From: the human T2T-CHM13v2.0 reference genome, Homo sapiens
DNA: 64,000 nucleotides
Reading direction: 5' to 3' (one strand)
NCBI RefSeq assembly: GCF_009914755.1
Contig: NC_060930.1
Below, in pieces: positions 1 to 14,373 of this stretch. Each line of letters begins with the position of its first letter. Positions within the stretch are counted from its first letter, which is position 1. The notes below the pieces were generated by a model. It saw only the letters and a list, made by a program, of their open reading frames with translations. It had not been told where the DNA came from and made no database searches. The translations under genes and the position numbers were made by a program.

Positions 1-1207
1 AATGTTCTTACCAATAATTCTAGCCTGCCTGCGTGAACTATGTGATAATACACTATTTCTCCTATGTGGTCAGGCAATCTGTCTTAATATGGGAAAAACC
101 CTTTTAGAAACTTTTATAGGTATTTCTCACGGGTGAGCTTGGATGTAGGTATAAACTACTTTCAGAGAGTAAAGAGAATAGTTATCTCAAAGCTCATGCA
201 TTTTCACTTGTAGAAGTAATCGAGGGCCAGTCTGACTACTTCACTTATACACTCCTGACTTTAATTGTTTGCAGAATAAGGCAGTAGATTAGAAGCATCA
301 AGGATTCACAGACAGTAGCAACTTAGAATGCAAAGAGACTGCAGAGGAATTATCAGAGGAATTATGAAAAGTACATGGGTTAGATAGGTATGGAATCTGG
401 GAATATCTAAAGAATTAATACAGTTCAACACTTAGCATTTATAATTATGACCATAAATTATAAATAATATTTTAGTTATATGATTTTAAATAACATGGGT
501 ATTGGTTAATATTAGAAATATTTTTATTTTTGCTAGTTTTTAAAGGCCTTATATATTTAAAAGGATAACCCTCACTTATTTGGAAAATTCAGTTTTGTAG
601 CATGCTTTATTCCATAACTGTGCCTTGCAAATCAATTACTTTGTATGTTAAAGTACTATTTTTTATTACTTCAATAGTGATTAAATCTTTACAGTAGCAA
701 AAATATGCCACAAATACCTCCATAGATTAAAGTTAGAGAGTGTGAAGTCTGAAAATATAATGGTGGGAAAAGTTGAATTTTCCATGATAACTATATTTTG
801 GCGAACATTTGAGAGTTTTAATTGAAACCTAGTCAACTCATATATTTGAAGCCAGCTTATAAAGCCATGCTTTGGTGGAGGAGTAATTGACTGGGGAACT
901 AGGTTACAAGATGAAAGCACAGACTATAAAGGTTTTTGTATAATCAGCACTTTTGAGTTCAAAATACTGTGAATTCTGTGATGACTGGTCTTCAGTAGAG
1001 CTGTTAAGCTTATAGAACAGAATTGCGCTAACAAATTGTCTTGTCTTCCACATGAAAGGTTGTTATTAAACTGTTTAATACCTAATACGTTACCTAGATA
1101 TAGTTGTAGAAAGCCCTTAGTAATTTTGTTGAAATTACTGCATTTACGTTGAGGTGTGGATTGTCAGCCAGACTATTCATTCTTTTATTCACAGATAATT
1201 TCATTAG

Positions 1208-1560
1208 TGTATCCATCAGGATAAGTTAGATTGTTCCACAGTAACAGTGACCGCTTTCCTCCAATGTCGATGGCTTTCAGCAACAGTGATTTTGTGACAT
1301 GTCCATTGTGGGCTGGCATATAACCTTCACTCCAGGAGGCAGAGCAGCCTCCTATCTAGAACATTCACAGTCATATAGCAGAGAAAAAGAGATCATGGCG
1401 GTGCACATACTGGCTCCCAAGGCTTCTCTCTGGAAGTCATACACATCATTTCTGCTCACGTCTCACTGGCCAAAGAGAGTCACATGGCCAAGCCTGCTGT
1501 CAGTAGAGGGATGAAGCATCATCCTTCTTCAAAAAGGGGCAGTGAATATTTGGAAACACT
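1208..1560 (-). mobile_element. MaLR LTR remnant (MLT1-like), approximate bounds
   Basis: Contains TTCTGCTCACGTCTCACTGGCCAAAGAGAGTCACATGGCCAAGCCTG, which resembles recalled MLT1 consensus segments. Confidence 0.55.
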
Positions 1561-1882
1561 GGAATGCTCAAAACTAAGACAGAATAGCAGGAGAAGAAAT
1601 ATATTTAGAGTAAGTTAACAGTATTTTCTCAGCAGAAAGTGAACAAGAATATACAACTTACATTGTTCCACTATATGGAAACAGAGTTGTTTGAGATTTC
1701 TTATATCACATAGTCTACCAGAATTCTCTTTCCTCTTAGTTTTATTTTTCATCTTCTCAGATATTTTGGTTGTTTAGATTTTTCTTCTCAAATAGTCTTC
1801 AATTGTCCTGTTTTAAAACTTTAAAAAAAAACCTGTCAAATATTGACAGATTTTCCCAGATCTCTATACATTAAATATTATT

Positions 1883-1972
1883 ATTATTATTATTATTTAA
1901 AGTTAGTTTTTATTTATTTATTTATTATTATTATACTTTAAGTTTTAGGGTACATGTGCACAATGAAGGGGA
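1883..1972 (-). mobile_element. Extremely 5'-truncated L1PA2/3-like insertion with a micro-inversion
   Basis: The reverse complement reads CATTGTGCACATGTACCCTAAAACTTAAAGTATAATAA plus an A-rich tail, the L1PA 3' terminus. TSD ACATTAAATATTATT at 1868-1882 and 1973-1987. Confidence 0.88.
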
Positions 1973-2902
1973 ACATTAAATATTATTGAATATTATGTGG
2001 TTGAGCTAAACCACTAGGATGCCCTCTTCCCTGAGATTCCATGAGTCCCTCCACAGAATATGAATAGCTATCGTTAAGTGAGTGCTTACTCTGCATCAGC
2101 CTAAGTGCTTTACATATACTGACTTATTCAATCCTTCCATCATTTCTATCAGATAGAACAGAACAAGCACAGTGTTCAGATTCCATCTTGGACTCCTGAA
2201 TCCTGTTTTTCTTAAACCCTTATCATATATTGTTGATGCTACCTTATTATTGAGCTGTATGATTTGATCCACATACTTTTCTCTGTAATAGCAAGGGGAT
2301 GTATTCAGAGGTTATAGCCATTTTATTTTGTAGTTTTGTCTTTCACTGTTCTAATAGTTGGCCTGAAATGATTAGGTTTTTGGTATGGACATACTAGCTG
2401 AATAGGCTATTTGTAATGCAGGCTTCGTGCCATTTGGACTTTCTGTGCTGTTTTAGCTCAACATCAGATCACAGTCTTGTTGCATGTGAAACCTGCTACA
2501 TCTAAAAACATTGCCAAATGCAGATATTGATCTCTAACATTTTGTGCCACCCAGTGGGAAAGCCTTTAAATTGGTGAGAAATATACATCTTCTCTGACCT
2601 CCTATTTTTAAAAATTCCAAACCTGGAGTTTCCTGATCAAGAGGTAAAACTCAATGAATTCATTGGCTATGAAGAATAGCAATGAATTGTTTTATGGACT
2701 AAATATTTCTTTACCTCACTTATGTGGTTCCTTTAATGATATTGGATTTATGGCTTTAGGTTTTGGACATTTATTTGTTTCCATTTACTTTTAAATTTCT
2801 GCAGAAAATATGACTGATTTGTAGATTTCACAGTGTCTGAATAATCAATGAATATGTTTGATGAAGGTGTAACCGCTTGTGTAACTCTTGTGTTTTTTTC
2901 AG

Positions 2903-3007
2903 GAAAGGAAAAGAAGTACCTCCATCTTTCAAGCAATTTTTTAGTAGTTCTCTGGCTTTGATGCACATCAACCTTTCAGGCACAAAACTGTCTCCTGAGC
3001 CCTTAAA
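2903..3007 (+). CDS. CARMIL1: CARMIL1 coding exon (LRR): (R)[34 protein letters not shown](K)
   Basis: Acceptor tgtttttttcAG, donor AA|GTGAGT. 105 nt, phase 2/2. LRR-type motif LMHINLSGT. Frame continues into the next exon and matches the recalled CARMIL1 protein. Confidence 0.96.
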
Positions 3008-3328
3008 GTGAGTGGTTAATTCACTTTCTCCAGAGCTTTTAAAGTTCAACTTATTTTTACGAATGTGCTTGAGGGAAGGGAGAAAGATATATAATCCAAA
3101 GACAAAAACCACAGATGAGAATGCCTTTTTACTCTGGGGCAGAAAAATAAATTAAAATTTTAAAAAGTACATTGTGCACTATTGATATTATTGCATCTTC
3201 TAAGAAAAAACATCTTTTGGTTTATGACCTTGGCAGGAGTCACTGATCTACAAAAGTTGTACTCCCAGGTACTTACTATTGCTTTTATATTAACCTCTGT
3301 TCATTCCATTTCAGGCATATTCGTTTGT

Positions 3329-3330
<2 letters not shown>

Positions 3331-3366
<36 letters not shown>
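3331..3366 (+). repeat. (GT)18 microsatellite
   Basis: Read directly from the sequence. Confidence 0.98.
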
Positions 3367-3371
<5 letters not shown>

Positions 3372-3985
3372 TCAGCATTTACTCTAAATCTTTCTACTAA
3401 TAGTAATAAACTCTAAACACATTGTATGTATGCAACAGAATGAATTTTTAGCTACTTTGGTTTCTGAATTACTGAGGTTAGCATGGGCTATTTGGCACTT
3501 TTATTTGGCAGCCAACTTATGGGTTAATATCCCTAGTGTAGGTATAGTGGTGAAGTTAAAATTGTTAGCTAAATTGAGGTTTGAGAATAATTTATTATCC
3601 TTGAGATTTCTGTTGACTATTGCCAGAAAGAGTCAAAAGTTTAGTGTACAAGTTCAGTGAATTTGACTGTAGGGTCAAATTCTCTTTGAGTCTAAAGAAG
3701 GTATTTTCAAGTAGTTACGATTATGAAAGTTGTCAGATATGCTCAAATGTATGCATGGATTTCTCCCTTCCCAGCTGACTGTAAATCAGCATTTAATTTT
3801 TCCCTTGTAATGTGTATGAAATGTTAAAATTAATGTCTGCTATTCATCTTACTAGAAAATTAAGCTTCATTTAATTTATAAATTTTCTTTTCCTTTTTTA
3901 TTTCTGTTTTGAGAGGTATGAAGTTCTTGATTTCATATAGTACCAGATGACCAAAACAATGGATGCCTTTAAAAAAGTAGATCCA

Positions 3986-4324
<339 letters not shown>

Positions 4325-7300
4325 TTATTGCAGGCTTAAAAAATGTTGAGTTAATATATTAGGGATCCCTAAATATAACAGCCACAAATAATAAACACCT
4401 CATGATTTGGCCGTTTGTATGGATATTAAGAAAGCTATCAGAATTGTATTCTAAAGTTCCATTATAATCATTCTCATTTATGTATTCATTCAAGTAATAC
4501 TTACTGAGCATCTACAGTGTGCTAGACACCGGATGACAGGATAGGAAGCAAAACCAGAGAAGGTCCTTGTCCTGGTAATATATCAGCAGGAAATTAGAAT
4601 ATTCAAAATAGTTTTCTATTTTTAATTGTTTCAATGTTGTTTACTTTTGTATAATATAGAGTAACATTTTGTTGGTTAATGTGACTGATTTTGCGGAATA
4701 TTCCAGTTTGCAACAAGGCTGGACTTACTGTACTTTGTTGCATATATACCTGTAAATGTTGTACTTCAAAGATATTTTGTAATTGTTAAATCTTGGACCT
4801 GATGTTATTGGTGTGAATGTTTGATAGTGTTAAATCAGTAGTCTCTTCAGCTCTGTGTTTTAATCAGCAAAAATTTTAATATGGGGAGAAAGCCTTCATG
4901 GCTGAAGATTGTGTAAATAAAATTCCATGTATACATTTAATGTGATATAATTATTTGAAAAGATAACACAAAACTGAAGTTCTCAGGTTTATGTGTGAGA
5001 GGGTGAGGATGAAAAGGAATTTGCACAGTACTACCCTAAACTAGACACTGCGCTGGGTGCTTACATATGGCCTGTCACCTTTAATGTGGATGACAGTGAT
5101 GAGAAGTTAGTATCATTATCCCCATTTTACAGCTGAGGATATTGAGGCTCAGAGAAGCTAAGTAATTTGCCCCAAATCACTGTTGAAGATTGGGTTTCCT
5201 GAGCATCTGACTTTGAGATGGAGATTCGCAAGTAGGATATTTATAAGGACATTCTCTTGGGATTACCACCGGTGAAAAGGGAAGGGGGAGAAAGCAGGAT
5301 CAGACAAAAGGGAGAAGCTGCACTGGGAGGCTCTTCCAGTAAAGAGGAAGAACCCAGAGGGGGTTCTGGGAAGTGCCTAGCAGTGTCCGCTGCTCTCAGC
5401 CAGCTGTCATGGGCTCAGCAGTGTTCCCTACCTCATTCCACCTTCAACTGCAGAAACCCTTGTTTCTCTAAGGGTTTGGGATTAGTAGCCATGAGAGAAT
5501 AAACGAAAGCAACACAATTTCTTTTGAGACAGCGCTTTAAGTTTGGACATAACAATATTTTTCCCCACAAGTTTCCCACTTAATTTGAGATTCTTTTACA
5601 AGCGAATTGGGGAAGTAGAGTGTTATGCTGGAGGTGGAAGGGGGAAGCAAGACAGAGAATATGACCGCTTACTTCATTGTTGCGATTTTCCTTTGAGGCC
5701 TTTTTTGGTCCATGTTAATGTATTTCAAGGGGGTTTAGAGAACATGGTGATGCTGTTCCTTGGTGTTTTCTAAAATTGCTAGAATAGTCTGGTTCATATG
5801 TGTCCCAAGGATGCTCTTTGCTCCAGCATCACTCAGAGTGCAGTGTGAGTTCCTGGTTACTGCTCATTCTTGGTCTTTCATTTTCCCTCCCCCAAGCCTT
5901 TCTTCCTGGACATCCCCTTTCTCCCTGTCATGTGGTACCCCTTCTCTGTGACCCCATCTTTCTGGCTGAGTATTTTTCATAAACCTGTTGAATGTGCTAC
6001 CCTGAAATTATAACTAGTGCCACCGATCTGGAGCTGGAAGAATTAAATACAAATTGTTCTCTAAGCAATTTTGCAATAGTGATTGAGGATCTAGAAGATG
6101 GTTGTTAAGGCAATTTTGCCATCATTAGGTTAAAATAAACAACATATTTTGCTATAGAATTTTTCCCCAGTGCCCAGTATGCTTTATTGTATTTGTTCTT
6201 TTATTTTACTAGGGACAGTTTCTATGGGTTATTTATTTTTACTAGTCTCATGAGTTGTTGCCTCCTAATCATTGGGCTTCTATAGTTAAATGCCTTAAAG
6301 CATATCATTTGTTTTCTTGGCCTTAATTCACATGTGAGAAAAGTAGGAAGTATTTTCCTTCCATATAAGCATCATAAAAATGCAATGTTGAAATATGTGT
6401 CTAAGTCCTAGAAACTCAGCATATGTTGGAAATAAAAGGGACCTCTTTGGTAATATCCTAACTCTCTCATTTTACTGACAAGAACTTGAGACACACACGA
6501 AAAGTGATGTTCTTAAGGTCATTCACCCATTACTCGCTGGGCTGGGATGTGAGAACTGGCCTTTTGGTTTTCAGCCTCCAGCGCTTTCACTGACTCAATA
6601 CTGCGCCCATGAAAGAAAGGGGGCATAGTAATTTTTAGGAAAAGAGAAGCAATTTAATAAGCAATTGAACAAGTACACAGATGAGATATACCCAGTCTTT
6701 CTCAAAGGACACTGTTTTAGAATAAGGGATTAGTGAACTGAATTTAAAAAGTGAAAAGGAAGGCACTCACCTCCAGCCTCCTAACAAGGTCAGGGAGTGG
6801 GAGGAGGGGGGTTTTCATAGCTGGAGGCAGCCGAGCCCCTATGTGTTCCATGCCACTGCTGGAGTTCTCTCTTAGTAGATAAAGCCAGAGAATCACTAGA
6901 AAAGAAAGTCTCAGAGACTTGGGCATAAAATAATTCCCTACCTTCCCACCTCACCCTTACCCTAGGGTATTTTTGGGGTATGCTGAGTGGAGGTCCTTTT
7001 CCTGGGAACATGGAAAACAGGTAATCGCCCCCAGTTAATAAATACCTGGTTTCCACTCTTCTAGTACTTACCACTGGCAGCCTTGTGTTGGAGTTATTGG
7101 CACACATATCTGTTTTCCTTGCTTGAGAGCAGGAACCATCTTATGTTCATCTCTATGTTTTTCACAAAGTCTGATTTAGGGTCTTCTGTCCACTTAGTAT
7201 AATTTAGTGGTTGTGTGTGCATGTGTGAATTTTCTGTTTCAAGCTTGCTTGATGGTGTTGGATTTTATAGGACTGACTTGTCAAAGTGGATCCAAGTGAT

Positions 7301-7955
7301 TAGTCTAATCTCCTCAATTTGCAGATGAGAAAATTCCTTTTCAGAGCAGTGATATGATTTGTCTCAGCTCAGCAGGTAGTTGGACAGGCAGGATCCTGGA
7401 CTCCAATTCAAGACATATGCCTTGTTTTATACCCTTGCCCACCCACTACTGTAGGTCGTTTAATAAACTCATCTAGATATAATTTGACATCCTGTTATAC
7501 TACAGAGCCTGACTTCCTCACTTACATATTCCTTAGGGAAAACTAGCTTTACTTTGCGACTCTAATAACAATTGCTTAATAATATTCTAAACGTTATTAA
7601 ATCTCTTCTCAAGCAGATGCAGTGGGAATTTATCTGTGATGAGCACAATTTAATTTCAGTATGCAATTAGGTGTGCTGTTGGTTTATTTGCATAGGAATA
7701 GCAATCCTGCAGGTTTTACATTTATGATGGGCTCACTGCCTGTCAGGCAAAAAGAATGCTGCAGAGTCAGTTTTTCACTGTAGTTGTGAGGCAGAAATGC
7801 TGTTGGCATTTTAAAAAGTAAGAGGGTGCTTGGTGCTTGACCTGTGATTCAGAAAAGGCAGCCTTCTTTCTCTAGGCTTTATTCAGTGTGCTTGCATTTT
7901 TTCTTTTGGGCAGTGTGTGGAATGTGTATCTAATATGTGTGTTTCCTCCCCTCAG

Positions 7956-8025
7956 AGCACTGTTATTGGGCCTGGCTTGTAATCATAACTTGAAAGGGGT
8001 TTCTCTGGATCTCAGCAACTGTGAG
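7956..8025 (+). CDS. CARMIL1: CARMIL1 coding exon (LRR): (K)[23 protein letters not shown]
   Basis: Acceptor tttcctcccctcAG, donor GAG|GTAAGA. 70 nt, phase 2/0. Confidence 0.96.
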
Positions 8026-8555
8026 GTAAGAACACCCTTAGATTGTATACTGGAATAGATAATAGCCTCAACCGCTTTGCCTTTTTCCTGGATAAAATTT
8101 GATACTGTGATTCCACAGGGTGTAAATGAAGCAGAAAAATAAATTATACAAGTTTCTAATGTTCTGTATTTTGCAAGTTTCATCTACAGACAGCCACAGA
8201 ACATCATTTAGAAAGCTTTCAAGTGTGTTTTTAATGACTTGGGTTTTGTTGTTGTTCCATTCTTGGTGCCGGCTGGCTGAGTATTTTATGATGAAGCCTT
8301 GAGGTATAAAACCATAGACTTGCTTTGCCGTCATGAAAATGAAACATGCAGCATTTGTTGCAAGGGACAAATGTGTATAACCTAACTTGGATTTTGTAGA
8401 GCGTGAAAGAGAATGGCTGTCTTATTAATTTTACTTTTTAATATCTTGATTTAAAACAAGAAAATTAACATACCTCTAGAAAGTATAGCAATTTCAAATA
8501 CTTCCTATCAAAGAGCTCATAAGAACTGAGACTAAAGTGTCTATATATTTATATA

Positions 8556-8851
8556 TTTTTTTTTCTTCTTTTTTTGAGATGGAGTTTTGTTTTGTCGCCC
8601 AGGCTGGAGTACAGTGGCACGATTTTGGCCACTCTGCCTCCTGGGTTCACGCCATTCTCCTGCCTCAGCCTCCCAAGCAGCTGGGACTACAGGCGCCCGC
8701 CACCACGCCCGGCTATTTTTTTTTTGTATTTTTAGTAGAGACGGGGTTTCACTGTGTTAGCCAGGATGGTCTGGATCTCCTGACCTCATGATCCACCCGC
8801 CTCAGCCTCCCAAAGTGTTGGTATTACAGACGTGAGCCACTGCGCCCAGCC
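8556..8851 (-). mobile_element. AluY/Sc-like
   Basis: Antisense dimer with GGTTCACGCCATTCTCC and CCAGGATGGTCT. Degenerate TSD TAAA(G/C)TGTCTAT. Confidence 0.93.
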
Positions 8852-10071
8852 TAAACTGTCTATGTTTTACAGGGCACCTAGACTTTTGCTATCTTGAAAC
8901 TTTTACTTTGTGTGACTAGTAAGAAAATACCCAGATACAAACTATATGGCCTGTTCAGAGCCTGACTTAACATGTCAAGCTTTATCCCTTCTTCCCAGGA
9001 ATGGAGATGGAAGTCTCCTCATTCCTATTCCCGGGCCTTTATACTCACTGTTCTCTCTTCCCCAGCACTCCTACCATGTCCATCTTCCTTCCCCTCCCCA
9101 AGACCCTCCCTCTCTTTGAGGAATTAACTCAACATGCAGTCTCCTGCATGCGTGCATCAGCTTCCTAGGCTATGCAATCCTGGATGAATTGGTTAATATC
9201 ACTAAATCTCAATTTCTGTGCCTGCAAAATGGAGATAATAGTAACTCTCCCAATGGATTGTTAGGAAGTTTAAAGGAGCTCTTTTTGAAAAGTGCTTCTT
9301 AGGGTATCTGGTACGCAGAAAAGTTGTTTGCTCTTGCTGTTTTTCTATCTGTCTGCCAAGTTTCTTCCCTGCCTGCTTCAGCCCTTTGTGATCTTGATCT
9401 TTTCTAATTGTCTAGCACTTAATGATAATAGCATGCACTTGGACACCAAATCGCCAATAGTACCTTGCACAGATATTAAATTAACTCCTGTATGCTTGGA
9501 TGTAACTTTCTGGAGGGCAGTATTTATGTCATACTATATTTTGTATTTCCCCTATCTCCTAGCAAAATGCCAGGCACCAAGCCAGTACTAAATATTGAAT
9601 AAGATTAATGGTTTGCCTCTATGAAAATTCTAGAAATGGACAAGTCTGAATTTGTACCATATAAATTGTTAGTGTAGTATTTTTCATTAGTTTCAAGCTG
9701 GAGTGAACACCAATTATGTGATTTAACAGTCTTGTTGTTTTGAAAAAAGAAAAGCAAAAAACAATACAAAAAGACATATTGTAAAAAAAAAAAAAAAAAA
9801 AAAACCCAAACAATAGAACTCTAAAAAACTAACCTTGCGTTGTGGAATTTTCATATGCAGATTAATGATCTTTCATTTATAAAAACAGACTATAAAGTAG
9901 AAACCAAATCTGGTAATATTAATTAATTATTTGTTTACCAGCACTTTACTGAGGGGCATGCCAATAGTAATTTTATTTTTAATTGGGGGAGGAGTGAGAG
10001 ATGAAAGGGGTGGGATAGGTTATTCTGTCAAAAAAGCAAACAAACAAAAAAAAAACAAAAAAAAAACACCA

Positions 10072-10359
10072 GGCTGGGCGCGGTCAATGCCTGTAATCCC
10101 AGCACTTTGGGAGGCCTAGGCGGGTGGATTACGAGGTCAGGAGTTCAAGACCAGCCTGGCCAAGATGGTGACCCTGTCTCTACTAAAAATACAAAAATTA
10201 GCTGGGTGTGGTGGCGGGTGCCTGTAATCCCAGCTACTTGGGAGGCTGAGGCAGAGAATTGCTTGAACCTGGGAGGCGGAGGTTGCAGTGAGCCGAGATT
10301 GTACCAATGCACTCCAGCCCGGGCGACAGCTAGACTCTATCTCAAAAAAAAAAAAAAAA
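10072..10359 (+). mobile_element. AluS (Sg-like)
   Basis: Full dimer with poly-A tail, immediately downstream of an A-rich tract (10030-10066). Confidence 0.93.
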
Positions 10360-13251
10360 GTAAGTTGGTGTAAACTTTACTGCTCTATCAGATCAAACTA
10401 CTAAATTAGCAATAACTTCTAATGTGGTTTTACAATCCTGATTAAATATCGTGACTGCCAGCAGTCTAACATCTTTTATTCAGTTCTGTGATAAAGCTGG
10501 GATGGGCATAAGTGATCATCTGGTTCCTTAATTATAGGTAAACTGAGGTTGAAAGAAGTGGAAATAATATAACTCACCAATGGCAGATCCATGATGAAAA
10601 TACTCTGTCCTCATTCTCTTTTGCTAATAGTAATATTGACTGTGATAATTATTAGACTACTAAGTATGGTTAGGCATTTTCTTCTCAAATAAATTGATAG
10701 GGGCCATGTTGCCAAAGATTGCTATATACCTTGTTCTTTAAACTCCTTTATGATCTATTGGGAATAACTTTCAGATAGGTATAGTAGATGAACCCTATAA
10801 AACTGATATTTTGCATGTCAAAAATTGCAGACTATTGGCAGTTTCGTAAAGTTCAACTTAATTGCTAGTAGACTTTATAATCTTTTTAACGAAGGCAGGA
10901 ATTCAGGTCAAATGGTTAATCTCCGATGATGAGATTGAACAGTATTATTGTGATAATTCCAACTTCATTTTGGCCTTTCACTTATGCATTATATGATAAA
11001 TTGATACTGCCGACATGGGGAAGTCTTGAAAGTATTGTAGTACCATGTTCTCCCCACTTATAACCTGAATCACAGTACTGGTGACCACATTTATAAAGTC
11101 ACATGTTATGTTGATGCATGAAAGTTGGTAAAACACAAAATTGTTTTTCTAAACTATGTTATAGTGTTTTATCACATTTTGTTTCTTAGGCCTAGATGTC
11201 CACATTTAAGTAGGTTTCAGTTTGCTTCTCTTCATAATATAATAAATCTCCCCCCAAAAGTGTTTGGATTTCCAATATAATTCATGCTGGAATGCTTGAC
11301 ACTTTGAGTGTTAACTGTTTGAGTCTTTAATCATCTGTGTTTGATATTGTAGAGTTTATGTAATCCTCTTAGAAAGAAGCTCTTACTATCACGGAAGTTT
11401 AAAATCATGAATATGTATATTTTCTTTCTGCCTGTTCTCTATTTAGCTATAAACCCTCTCCACTCTTAGCATACCAGTTGAAATCGTAGCAGCTTCAGCC
11501 CTTGACTTTCTCCGATGATCAGATAAATCTAGTCTTAAAATCCAAAAGGTGGTGAGAAATGAAATTTCTCCTTGATACCATTGCCATCTTGGGAGGTTAT
11601 TTTTCTGAGGATGACTTACTCAGGATGAGGAGCTGGCAGACCTAGGATGAGTCAAGGTCCAGCGCATTTGGCTGGCAGGTGTTGATCATTGTGCTTGGGG
11701 CCGTGGGTTGGCGGGGGTGGTGGTAGGAGGGGTTGTCCTGCAGTTTCTGATGTGGGCTCCGTAAGAGCTCAATGCATCCTGTGGGTACCTCTAATACAAG
11801 TCCACCTCAGCCAGGGAAACAGAAGCTATTGTGAGATACCTTGATGTCATCTTATATTTATAAATAGGTGATTAATTTTAATATAAAACATCTACTATAT
11901 AGAATTTTTGATCCAGATTTATTTCTTCTCCTGGTAGGGGGAATAAATCCAGTGATTGATTTTAAAATCACATTAGTATGAGTGTTATAGAGGATAAATG
12001 ATGGTAAAAGATGGTAGTTGAGATTATTGGGAGGAAAGGGGAAAATAGTCTTAAAGTAGGAAGTAAAAGTGTTTGGACAGGGAGCTTAGAATAACTTAAG
12101 CAAATTATTTTTGATTTTGCCATATGTTGGTTCCTTTATTGTTCATTCTCACCTTTCCTAATAAGTTGGCTTGTAGGTTCTCAGGGTATTCTTTATTCCC
12201 CTGAAATAGACATTTCACACTCATTAATTTGAATGAGAGAGGAGACTTACACTTCATGCTATTAAAAAAAAAGTTTCCTGTGGGTATTTAGAACTTATGG
12301 AGTTGCTTTCTTACAATACAAACATCATTGTTATTTGGAAAATTAAATCTAAAATGTTGGTCTATATTCTTTTGGATCTGTGATAGCTAAGGTAATAAGC
12401 ACTGAAATTAACCTTACGTTTTCAGATAACTTCTATACTTACAGGAAAAAACTTCGGTGTTCCTTAAGGCATTTTACATTAATTATATCATCACCTCTCT
12501 TTCTTTCCCTTGGTCTTTTAGTACTGAAAAGGAGTCTCTTTTGTGTATGAAAATGACTCAAAGTAGTTATGGGAGGCAAAAGAGTGAGCCAAGCGTGAGC
12601 ACTTTGGAATCAAAAGGCCCCCTTTGAAACCTGGCTCAGTTACTTAGCTTATTAGGTGACTCACCTTCTTTTCAGCCTTTGTTGCTCATCTATTGAATGG
12701 AAATAATAGTTTTCAGGGCCAGCGTCTGGTACAACGTCACTACTCCAGCCCAGCATATGTGAGCCATCATCTGGGGAGTAAAAGGTTTGAGATGGAGGAG
12801 CTTTATTTGGAATGTCAGAATTGACATCATAGGTCAGTATTGCCCTTCTAAACATTTTTATTTAGAAGCTTTATAAATATTCAGTCTTTACCAAAACATT
12901 TTTGGGAATTGCCTTCAAAGCTATTTTACATCTTTCAAGAAGGATTACTCTCATCAGTTTATGGTGAGACAAATTCTTCTTGAAACCTGATTTTTTGATG
13001 CAAGACAATATTATACTTCATGGCCAGATTAGCTTCAGAATGGCCTGTGGCTGATCCTTATTCATTCTCAAAGGGTAAAGATTTAGTGTCAGTACAGATG
13101 TTCAGAGAAATGTGTGTGTTCCATTGCCCTGTAGGTTAGTTCTAAAGAGCTTCAAAACCATTTTCTATGGCAGTAGTGATATTGGCATTCATGAGTAGTA
13201 TTCCCATGTACCCAAGTATCTGAAGAGAGGCAGTGGATCTTTCATTCTCTC

Positions 13252-13564
<313 letters not shown>

Positions 13565-13945
13565 TAAAAATCTTATAACTTCATAGTTATACATTAAGAG
13601 AAGAATTGGTAAATGCTGGGACTAAATTCTTCAAACGTAGTCTCCTTCCAAATGAGAGACAAAAGTCTCTAATACTTCAGAGAAGATGCAAAGGGCAATT
13701 AATTATAGCTGTGGCTTAGTTGTAGACCTGGGTGTGGGAGTTAGTTTCTTTAAGTGGAAGCTTTTCTGAAGATGATCCTACAGTTTATTGCAATTCATGA
13801 TGAGTAGAAAAAAGAGCACCAAATACTGACATTTGTAATGAGTTTTGCAGCAATTGAATACAAACTTTTGAGACAGTTTCATTCCATTTGATAGTCATTC
13901 AACCAACCTTGAGGCAAGCATCATTGTAGTGCCCCTTACCTATCA

Positions 13946-14373
<428 letters not shown>

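Noticed and set aside
9740-9804. Orphan poly-A run, a possible processed-pseudogene tail
   Set aside because: No TSD or upstream mRNA-like body identified; treated as low complexity.
11916-11949. 14-bp RNA stem with three G-U pairs
   Set aside because: AT-rich and short; expected by chance in 64 kb without conservation data.
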